From the NCBI GenBank assembly GCA_903813345.2, contig CAIIXF020000001.1, positions 26,784,001-26,848,000 on the forward strand: 64,000 nt of DNA. The letters run 5' to 3'. The first letter of the stretch is position 1. Each line of letters opens with the position of its first letter. Of the stretch, positions 36,401 through 48,400 are shown piece by piece. Both the position numbers and the translations under genes were made by a program. This DNA is from Owenia fusiformis. Taxonomy: Eukaryota. The notes under the pieces are model-generated. The model was not told where the DNA came from, ran no database searches, and saw only the letters and a list, made by a program, of their open reading frames with translations.

Positions 36401-39400
36401 AGATGCCGTATTTTATCACATGAGTTCAGAGTGACACGCACGCGACATGTTGTCTGAGGTGATCGCGATGTTGAACAATTTCTTCTCGGAATTTGTCCAG
36501 AGAAATCAGCGATTCTAAATTAAGGTAGGATCTGCCATTTTTTCCAGTACAAGTTATAACTTATCTCTATCGAATCCTAAAGTTTTGGAAGAAGATATGA
36601 AGCGTAGGTTTAAAAACGAAGCGATTAATTTGACGATCTGATTTTGCAATTTGCAATGGCCAATTTACTGCAAGTCCAGTGCATGTATTTGACAAGAGAT
36701 AGCGCCAAGTCTTGTATCTAAATGCTTGTGAAGCCACTCAAAAACAAGATCCATATTTTCTAAATTTGATAACTTTGCAGAAAACCTGTTTTCATAATCT
36801 GTTTTCCGCGTCTAGATTCAAACTGAGTATGATAATAGGATCGCTGGAATCTTCAGTCAATGGCAACGGGTCTTCATTCCAGAACTCACATTTTTAGTTG
36901 ATTCTCCGTCATAGTTCTTGTCTAAAGTCCCCATATCTGCTCTCTTACTGCCATACTTGCACACATTTCCCCTCCTTAAATTGTCTTCATTCAAATTACA
37001 CCCTTTCGCCGATTTATATAGCCATTTCCCAGAACCCGGGAATCAGAATCGCTGATGTTTGCCATATTGAACATATTATATGTACTGTAATATCTGTACA
37101 TTGCCTGCTACGCATAATGGTCACGTGACTAGCGCGATACAGGAAAAATGGGGAATTTCGAAACAACAATTTTTGGGCACTTTTATTGCAAATTTCAGGT
37201 ATTTATAAAGTGTTTGTGGTATAAAATATAATCCACAGACATAAATGAACATCCAAACTACATATTTCATTAAGTTTTGGAGCCTTTTTTTCTCTTAAAT
37301 TAACATCTTTAAATGGTCACCCAAATGCTTTTTTAAAATTGGTAGAAATTCTGATATATCTCTAATGTTTCCAATATTTTTATTTTTTTGTGAGAAATAC
37401 AGATTCTATGTTATAGTGTTCGTTGGGATTTGCTACTCCGTGGAGTTGCAGTTTTCTGGTTTTAATTTCTGAGAGTTTCAAATAAGGTTATCTATAAAAT
37501 AATATTTGAAATTTTTTTCAACTTGGCAGCAACTACTCAAACCAAATACAAGTAACAATTTCTAGCTAAGTATAAAGCAATAAAAATGTCATTATGGTAA
37601 ACATGTTCTTTAAAGATACATCCTTTCTCAAAATAATGTACTTAGATATGTCAGATATGTAGGACAAAATGGCCAAAATAAGACTGAATCGTAAAGGTCT
37701 TATGAACATAGTTGGATTACCATGAGAAAATTCACTTCACCATAATTCAAAGAAATCCTTATTTATATTACTATATTGAAACATTGCAGTCACATTTCAG
37801 TCAAATGGTGCTTTAATGTATCGTATATTGTAAAAACATATAAAAAATGTTGGACAGAATACATCTTTAAGTTCAAAATATCAATTCACAATATAAAGTC
37901 TGTCAGCAAATTATGTGTTATATAATCAAATCACATATAACAAGCAGTGTAGCGGGGGGACATTCCAAAACTACACCTTCAACACCTTTCTAACATGCTA
38001 AGGTAAGGCTATATTATATTCTTGCATTAGTAGCGTGTTTTGGTGGATATTTATTTGTTTTCTTAAAAACTTATCAAAGATTTGCCCGATGACCTTGATG
38101 TTTGACTCCAAAAATGATTTGAAAAATCTTTCAAAGGACACTGAAGGTCAATGAGAGGTCAGATCTGAAACCTGAGGTCAGATATGGTCTTTTGGATATT
38201 TGTAAATGACTAAAATATCTGGACTATTGAAGGAATCTGAGACATACCTGGACTTTGGAGAGGAAATCACAATTTAATTCATTGCAAGAAACAGCCAAGT
38301 ATAAGGCCAAACGTTTAGAAACTTAAAATAAATTTGTTTTGACCCTTGAAGTTGACATATGACCTATATACAATATACTTCTCTGGCAAGTCCTAAGAAT
38401 GCTTCCTAGTAATATAAAAGTTTTAGGAGAACGATGAATGCATCAATACCATATCCATACGTTTCTAAAACGTGTATTCTGTATTAGGTCAAACCTGACA
38501 AAAGTATTATTAGTAATTTCATCCTTATATCAAAACATGATTTCAATACGTAACTTATTCACATATTTATACTTATGAACATATATGTACATATTAGTAC
38601 AAGTAGAATTAAAATTTATGTTGAAAATTCTCAAATTCTCTTATTATGTCTAATTATGATTTCAGACAGTGAGAATGCCTCATGACATGACACAGTCTCA
38701 TGACTCACAATGATTCGTGAGTATCACAATTAATTTCCTCCGATGACAATTCCAGTGAAAGAAGCTCAATTCGGGCCTATTTGACAAGGGCATCAATCAC
38801 AGTCTGCACCATCCAGCTTGATAGGTATGTAGAATAGAGTATATTTTGTCGCATAAGACTAAGGATGTTAACAATATGTAGTTATCCTAACAACTTAAGT
38901 GATGAAAGGAGAGGCAATCAAAATTCAGTGGTTGTCACCAAAGAATATTCCAAGTTGTAAAACTTTTAAGACTGGAGTTATCATATAACTGGAAGTAATG
39001 GCATAATTAAGATCCAATAGAATCCAATATGGCCACCCCAAAAGATCTGATCTCGATCATAAGACATCTGTACATATTTTAAGAATATTAATCAAGTAGT
39101 TAAAGTAAACTTTATCAACAAGAAGAAAGAACAAATATTGAATAAAGTGTCTACTAGAGTTCAAGACGACTCCCCAACTGTTTACTATCTAATCGTAATG
39201 TCATCTTTAAAAAAGTAAATAAGCTAGACAGACAAGTCAAGTATACTGTATATCAAATATTGATACCTATAATATTAGGTGAAAGTCATTCAACAAGGTC
39301 ATGCAAAAACCTCTCATTTATTACTTTTCTATGCTTCTCAATGAAACTTTCACATAATATAGGGAAAATATTTATCTAATGAGACCTAAAATAAGTTAAT

Positions 39401-42400
39401 GTTTTATGATTGGTCAAAATATAGCAGCAACATCATTTGGTCATGTGGGGCAATATGAAATGGTATCCTGGAAGCTTTTAAATATAAAATGTGTTTTATA
39501 AAAGTGTGTAGATTAGAGCAACTAATAAATACATGAACCTGAATTTACCATATACGAGGGGTGATCAATAAGTAATGGACGCTTTTTTACACAGATGCTT
39601 TTTATAGACCAATCCCTTCCATTTTCTCACCAGTGATACATCATTCAATTATCTATCAACTCTGAAGATTTGAAGACAAAATATATAAAACATGTTGATA
39701 TATCCTTATTTCCGTGAAGGAGGTACAGGTTCCCCGGGACCGACATTTACGTCACATATTCTGAAGCTGTTTTAGCTTGTTTAACATGCAATGCAGTTGA
39801 ATGCAGGCTGAACAAAACAAACCATTATGGTCATGAATTACCCCCATTTTGTTTTGCCATAGTTGATTTAGATTATTTTATCATCACTATGTGGTATTCA
39901 TGCCACATTCATTCCACAGGGCCCTCTAAATAGGTTCCATCAAGTGCTACATGTACACAATTCCTCATCCTCTCAACTCAAGATTGTGAGACAAGGCTGA
40001 ATCCATTCTCTGACATAGTAGCAAGACGCAGTTGCACGGGTTGTTTTATTTCATCAATGTCAATAATCCTGCGTCCTTTCTCTATAGAAATAAGTAGTAT
40101 AGAAATAAACAAGTCACATGTGAGCAGATCTGGACAATATGGTACATCGGCCAAGGGCTCAATTTTAAGGCCCAGAGATATTGTTTTCTGAACATTTTGA
40201 GATCTGTCGGCAGGTGCATTGTCCATATGGAGTAGGGTGTTCCCTTCTCTCACCACCCCTTTCTTCCACAATGCTTTCTCAAATTGACCTGCAAACCCCT
40301 TCCATACAACACTCTGACATCACAATACTTTCTGTTTATGTGTTACCAGTCAGCAAGAAATTTCAAACAACACAACACTTGTTGCATATAAAAAGTTCAA
40401 ATCTAACTGAAATTTACCAAACTGGCTAAAAACTGAATATGTGACGTAAATGTCGGTCCCGGGGTACCTGTACCTCCTTCACGGAAATAAGGATATATCA
40501 ATATGTATTATATGTTTTGTCTTCAAATCTTCAGAATTGATAGATAATTGAATGATGTATCACTGGTAGGAAAATCAAAGGGATTGGTCTATAAAAGGTA
40601 TCTGTGTAAAAAAGCGTCCATTACTTATTGATCACCCCTCGTAGTTACAGTAAAACCTGTCTAAGCGGAACACCTTTGTAACTTCTAAAAAAAGTGTTCC
40701 ACTTGGGAGGTGTTCCAATCATAGAGGTTCATTTAACATTAACTAATTTAGTGAAAAGTCGTCTACTAGTGGGTGTACTACAACTTCTACGTGTTCCACT
40801 TTACAGGTTTCATTGTTATTGTACAATAATTTTTGTACATCACTTTGTATATATTTTTTTTACTCTGTGAGTTTCAATGAGAAACATGGAATGAAAAATC
40901 AAGAAAATGAGAGCATTTTTGCATGAAATTCATCAATATCATTGTGATCTCAAAAAGTACTTAATCGTTTAAACGATTCTTTATTAACGTATCATTTACA
41001 GGACCAACAGAAACACCATGGAAGACAAACAATTGCCCGAGGTCTATGTAAGAGCACTAAAAGCTTGTCGAGGAAAGTTAGTTAAAGATTTAGAGGTTGA
41101 TGATATAATTGAAATTCTGTATGAGGAAGAAGTAATTGGATCAGATGACAAAGAAATCATCTCAAGTGAAAAATTGAGGACTGAGAAATGTAGATATCTG
41201 TTGAACATTTTAGAGTCTAAAACTGTATTTGGTTTTAATTGTTTTGTCGACTCATTAAAAGCATATCATGAGCATTTGGCCGATGAAATCGAATCACAGT
41301 TATGTGATCAAACAGTTTATCTAACTAGATCCAACATAAATATTGCCTATAGACTTGCTTGTAAAAAGATTCACGAAAGATCAAGCACCACCAAAGACTC
41401 ATTGAAAGAAATATGGCAGTTAGCAAATAAGCTAATCAATCTAGAAAGATTGGACGAGGGCAAGGAAACCAAAACCACCAGATTTTCTTATGAAGATGTC
41501 TCATTGTCTGGAGTCCACATCAAAGCTCTCACATCATGTCAAGATTCCCTAGTGAAATCTTTGAATGTTCGTTCCATGGCAGACATATGGTACCAAGAAA
41601 ATGTCATAACCAAGGAAATGAAGGAAGATATCTTATCAGAACAGACCAACACTCGACAATGTACAAAATTCTTGGAACTATTGAAAATGCGATCAACATA
41701 TGCATTCAACAAATTTGTTAGCACTCTAAAAGATACCAATGATACCAATAAGACAGTGGCAATTGAGCTTGAGCTGTGTTTATGGGAGTACAACTTAATT
41801 CAAACAAAGGACAACTTGGCACTGGCTAACTATCTGGTTGATCAAAACAAAAAGGTTAGATCATTGACTGACTTTATGGCCATTAAGATCAACATAGAAA
41901 AGCTCATGGAGCAGTGTAACATTCAAGATTCTCAGCAACTGAGAGAAAAACTGAAACTACCAAAAATACCTGAATTTGAGAGAGAGGAGGTGGTTTTAAA
42001 ACGCCACACTTTCCCAATGCAATCTACAGGTAATTTCACTCCAATGGACCAAACTTTTCAACCCATGCCACGTGACTTATGGTATAAACTTCTCCAAGAA
42101 ATACAAGAAGCACAACTAAAAAGGAGAAATGGGAAAGCTGACAGCAATGATAACCCCTCTTCAATGAAGTTAAACAAAGATGATGTGGAATGACAAACAG
42201 GAAAACCTGATAAATCCCCAGTCCAGCTTAAGAGCAAACCTCCAATACCACCTAAACCCCTAAAACCTACTAAAACAGAGGAAAGAGAGTCTGAGAAAAT
42301 ATCTCCAATGATGATGGACGAGGAGCAAGAGAAACAACTAAAAGCACAAGTAAAAATGAGAAATAAAAATACTGACAGCAAAGTCTTGGTCCCTAAGATA

Positions 42401-45400
42401 ATCCAGCTGGAGACAAAAGCTGAAGAGCCAAAAAAGCAACTGGAAGTTATGGAAATGCAAGAAGGTATAGATGAAGTTGATACTGCTGCTTCTTCAAAAC
42501 AACAAAACAAAAATGATCCAGCAATTTATTCAACTGTTCACAGTCAAATGAAACAAAGAGTAGGCCTGACTGAGCTTCTTTCAGTAGCTCATCCAACATG
42601 TCCGAGTTTGGAAAAAGGACCTGAAGAAGACTTGACACAAGAAAGCAAAAATGAGCTAGAAAAAGAAAAGCACCAGCTTAAATCTCATAACAGCCTCAAT
42701 CTAGCTGAAGTGAAAAAATGTAATGCAGTACAACGATCGCACAGTGATTCTTGTTTACATGTTGAAGAAGTCAAACTCATGAAGACAAAAATGAAGGCAG
42801 CGAAGATTTTAGAAAGAAAGGGTAGACTTAAGAATACTTGCCAGCTTATACAGCGCATAATAGTAAAGGATCTTTCAGATGTGAAAACAATAGAATACTT
42901 GGAAAACAAAGATATATTAATAATGGGTAGAAGACATAAGAAATGGTTATCAGGGAGTACTGCAATAGCTGTGATCTTTGATCAGAATTGGGACTTAAAG
43001 ACAAAGCTGGTAGAAAAACAAGTAAAAGATGTAGCATCCAATAAGGATGTTATTGTTGTATCATGTGAAGATGAAGGATCTAACTTGCTGAAGATATTTG
43101 ACATCACTGGACAACTCAAGCGAAGCCTACCAACACCTTTATATGCAGCAAACTGTATAGTATTCAATCATTTAAATGAGCTGGTGATAAAAGCGGAAGG
43201 TCACAATAACAAAGCAATTTATCACATGGATATGTCATTGATGAGGATTAGAAGCGCTACACCAACTGGTATGTTTACATCTCAAGTGGGCACAATAGCT
43301 GTCACTCCAAACAATGATATACTAATTGCGGATTACTGGGATAACTCTGTGAAGTGCAGGGATAGAAATGGCAAGCTTCTTTATGAGTACAATGGAGAGC
43401 AAAACCAAGATCTGTTTAAACCCAGTAGTGTCTGTACTGATGATATGGGACATATACTAATAGCCGACATGGACAATAACAGAATCCATATACTGTCCCC
43501 AGAACATCAATTCATCAAGTTAATATCTGTGGATGCGTTGGAAGTTCCAAATACAATTACTGTGAACCATGAAGGGCACTTAGTTGTTGGAACAAGTCCC
43601 ACTTCAGGACCAGCTGAAGTTTTCATTGTGAAATACAAAGAGTAGAATCACACAAAATATGATACAGTAATATATAGAGCTGGCATCGAATAGGATTTTA
43701 ATGTCGACATGTAGGAGCTCTTGATCGACAACGATATCGACATTGTCGGGTCCAATGATATTCGAAAAATGAAAAAAAATTTGAAGAAAATTCGTCTGAA
43801 TTTTAGATTTTCTAGGCTTGTAATTAGCAATACGATGCACAATAGTCATCCTCAGTTGTATGTCTTATATTTAACTTACAGGTAAACCATGTTTAAGTAT
43901 CAGACTTTGACGAAAAAGCAATAAATAGACATAAAACTACGATTTCTGTTGTTATTTCCGGGCAGCCATTGAAAATAAATCTCAAGGGTAAATCTCGAGG
44001 GGCACGAGACCTAATTCGAAACAAAAAGAAAATTTGAAAATGTAGGCGGTAAAACTTCACTAAAATACACCATACAGCAGGTAGTAACAAAGATTTTAAT
44101 TCTTAGGGAAATAGCTTATTATGTTGTGAGTTCAAACTGTCGATCAAGAGGCGTTGTGTCGACATGGGTGTCGCAGAGAGCATTCGACTGACAATCGACC
44201 ATTCCGACATTTGATGCCAGCTCTAGTAATATACATGATCAACAGTGAGAACGCGATCATCTCCAAATGCCTATGATATGCTTTAAACACAAATATATCA
44301 ATCTGGGAGAATACAATATGTTAAGTGCTTTATTATAACCTAGCAAAAACTATTATATAAAAACTATTATATTTTTTTATAAAATAATTAATGCTTTGTA
44401 AAAATGTCTACTCAGTACTACATGTATTTAGTATTTCCTATGCGTGCTATGTGAAGAATTTGCAAAATCACTAACAAGTAACAACATACATGTACATATA
44501 GTTCCTTTCTATGCAGATGTTTTGTTTTTATGACGTGATGTTATAAATGTTGTAGGGTTATTACCAAACAAGGTAAATGTAAGTGTTGTGAATGTGTTAT
44601 TAAAGCAACTATTGTAGCAATGATTCTTATTCCATGTTTTTATTTTCTAGACATGTTATAGAGGTGCTTTCTCTTTTTACGAAACATGTAACTAGAGTTT
44701 GACTCTCAAATGTGACTAATTTAAGAAGAACCTTCTCAATGGTGGATTTTAATGTGCAGATGGAGTGATTTAAGTGTGAAACAGTTATATTCTCAAATAG
44801 CATCAATGGTTTTGAATTTAGAGAAATGTTTAATTTCATCATTCACATTTCATTGATTATCATTTTGAGTGTAGCATAGAATGACACATCAATATAAGAA
44901 ACTGGTTACCATAGTAACCTAGAATCAAGGGCCTCAGGGCAAATATGACACATCAAGGTGTAAACCCCACTAGACATATTTAAAACACAAATGAGAAAAT
45001 ATTCTAAATTCTTGTTAAATTAATTGTTATGTGTTGTTTGTTAATCAACATCTGTACATATACCATGTCTGTATTAAATACAAAGTTATTGGATTAAGAT
45101 TGAATACACAGATAAAAAGAATTTATTGGAAAATTGAATATAATATGCAAAAGAATGAGTTTTACCATTTTTATTATATTATTGTTATCTATGTATAGGT
45201 ATGCTTATGAAGACTTTGGGTAATAAGGATTTTCATTTTAGTTTTGCAAATTTATTTTGATGGAAATTCACAATTTAAAGAATATTATAAACCTAAGATT
45301 AAAGAAAATTTATCTATCCTCATTATCCATAGTCCCTCGCTGCAAAAAATATAAAATTGAACCTTGTAAACTAAAATTTATCATTTGGACGATCAAGCTA

Positions 45401-48400
45401 AAAAGCATCTTCATTATGTCATCATTGAAATTCTATTCAGAATAACATAATTGGTACCAATAAAATTCAAATTGAATGTAAAAAAATGTTTGTGACTGTA
45501 GTATTTATAATTTACAATGTGTACTATCACAGGCTGGTATCGAAAGATTTGTCCGCTGTGACGGAGCATGCTATTTTTCATAAAAACTCTAAGAATGCTT
45601 CACGATTTATTTTTTAACTCATATGTTTCGTTATATCAAAGATAATTACTTACTCCATGCAATGGATATATCATTTGCGTGTAACCTTCACTTCTGTTTG
45701 AAGTCCAATAACGCTAGGAGTAAAATCTATTGAAAACGGCGCCAGAGTATCAAACTCTAAAATGTACCATTTATTTTTTAACTTTTTAATGGCATGATAT
45801 AGTGACACGATAATATTAACATATGTTTTCAGCATAACTCTGAATGTATTAATGAGATATTAATGCATTGGGTCTTTTTAATTATTTTATAAAAAATAAT
45901 ATTAATATTTTTTGTCCGCTGTGACGGAGCATTTTCACAGTTCATATTTGCACCTGCTCCGTCACAGCGGACAAAAAAATTAAACATTATTTTTTATAAA
46001 AGAATTAAAAAGACCAAATACATCAACATCTCATTTATACCTTCATAGTTATACTGAAACCATGTGTAAATATTATCGTGTCACTTTATCGTGCCATTAG
46101 AAAGTTAAACAAGAAATGGTACATTTTGAAGTATGATACTCCGGTGCCATTTTCAATAGCTTTTCTTCCCAGCGTAATTGGACTTCAATCAGAAGTGAAA
46201 GTTACCCGCAAATGATATATCCATTGCATGGAGTAAGTAATTTTGTATGGTATAACGAAACATATGAGTTAAAAAATAAATCGTGAAGTATTCTTAATGT
46301 TTTTATGAAAAATAGCATGCTCCGTCACAGCGGACACATATTTCGATACCAGCCTGTGACTATCAAAAATCAAAAACATAATATTACTTATTGTCCTTGG
46401 CTCAATAAAGAATAAGGATCAAATAGGGTTAGTTTATAACATCAATGATTAGGTTTTTGACAGCTCTGGCCATGAAATTGAGAAACTTGATCAATTGACT
46501 GCAACTCAATGACAATTTTATTCAAAAGACTTTTGATCTCTAACTTTGCGAATATAATATTTTTGACCCAAGGCACTTAATTATAAATACCAGTACTAAA
46601 TGAATTGTTGTATTAACCTCTGAACATGACACACACCCAAAACCAAATTTTGACCATCTACTTCCACCAAGTGGCACATGTCACTTAGATTGTAGTTAAA
46701 CACAAGGTATTAACAGGCAAAATGTCACCACCTGCCATTAGTTACAAGTGCCAAACTCTGAATGCCAAACACTAGCTTATCCACAAAAGAGTTAGAGACT
46801 ACAATATGTCACCACTTGTGGTGGTGACATAAAAATGGTGTCTAAGACAATATAACACAACTGGCCAGAAGAATTATCTCCCGACCTTTGGTCATATACC
46901 CCGGGTGTTAGAGTCTAGTTTATTAGCAAAGTAACTATTGTAAAGGGTAATGATCACATACACACTGCCATAGAATTGAAACAATTACTCTTTGATTATA
47001 TCTTAATTGACTTACCAGACCAGTTTGTTTGACTCTTTCATTAAGGCGTATTGCATCTACATATCTAGACCTCTGTAAGTAATGCATTATGAGGATCTCT
47101 TTAGAATTGGGCTCTTTAGTCTCCTGTAGGTACCCTATCAACTGGCGCTCCTCCACATCATTCATTGGAAGCTGAAGTAGACTATCTATCATCTTGGCTG
47201 AAATTCAAGAAATTTCGTTTGATTGTTTAATTCTACCAATACAACTATTGCTCTTGTTTGCCCTCAATTCATCTTTACAATAAATAATCCTCGACTATAA
47301 AAAACACCTCAAGAAGACAAAGGTCATTTTGGTGTGTCTCACTGAACAAAATGAATCTTTTGACAAAGATGAGATATGACATTGAATAAATGCAGATATA
47401 ATCCAATGAAGACATTACTATCTATATGTTGCCCCAAGAAATTACTCATTTAACTACCAATCATTTAACACCAAAAAGGAAAATTTTTATTTGATGGTGT
47501 ATCGATGACATTGTGTTTAGACACAAATGTTTACCACAGCAGGCAATTAATGACAGTTTCCATGTAATTTGTTTGGCTTATACTTTCCAATTATCTTGTC
47601 TGTTGATTTGCCTGTTATTGATGAGTCACATCTCATGTGAACAGTCAACCAATGTTGTTTATACTATGTTTTATACTTACTTTGTTGACATCCTAGGAAG
47701 AAATGTGAAAGAAGGTCATCCAAGTTACCCTCATCTCTACACAAACGCTGATACTCAAATGCCTCAGATGTCAAACTATAACACATCAAACAGTGGAAAT
47801 AATGCATAAAATAGTAATAGACATTCACTTAAGGATCAAACAAGAGAAATGTTTATGCTTTAAAATACATTTTAAACGGATATTTTTTTTTTCATATGCT
47901 ATACATTGGTTCAGCTAATTTGCTAAGTTAAATCAATTTGTCTCATTCTTTCACCAAAATCCGTCTCATACATATATTTTATACAGGTATTCACGAGAAC
48001 AAGTTTTACTGAATTTAGATATATAATTTCAAAACATTTACAATTCAACAAACACTAACCCATTGGCCAGTAGAACAGTCAACTTGAGCTTCACAAGTTC
48101 AGGGGTTTCCATTGGTGGTTTCCGTATACGAATGAACCGCAGGGCCTTCTGGTGGTGACCTTGATAGAGGAATGCCTTGATGACACGAACCTGTTGCCAT
48201 AGTGATATGTTCACATCAATCATAGGATCCAGCAGAGAAGTCAGGGCTTGCTAAAATTGTAATAAATTTTGGTTATATTATCATGCAAACATATACTCAT
48301 AAATAATTTGAAGTCATTATCCAAGCCTATGGTCACTTCACTATCTATTTGCCAACCCAGAAATGTGTTAATGATTGGGATTCTTACGGGGCTAGAGGCA

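Larger units (their letters stand above)
27869..37461 (-). mobile_element. Helentron-associated (HINE/DINE-1/pearl-like) non-autonomous element, split by the LTR retrotransposon
   Basis: 5' end at 37461 (reverse complement of GCAACTCCACGGAGTAGCAAATCCCAACGAAC); 3' microsatellite and hairpin at 27870-27960; about 140-bp internal repeats at 28640-29070. Both ends match the intact copy at 48580-49360. Confidence 0.65.

Noticed and set aside
42191-42193. Selenocysteine as the explanation for the in-frame TGA
   Set aside because: The position is in a low-complexity linker with no redox motif, and I see no SECIS by eye. Not formally excluded without a SECIS search.
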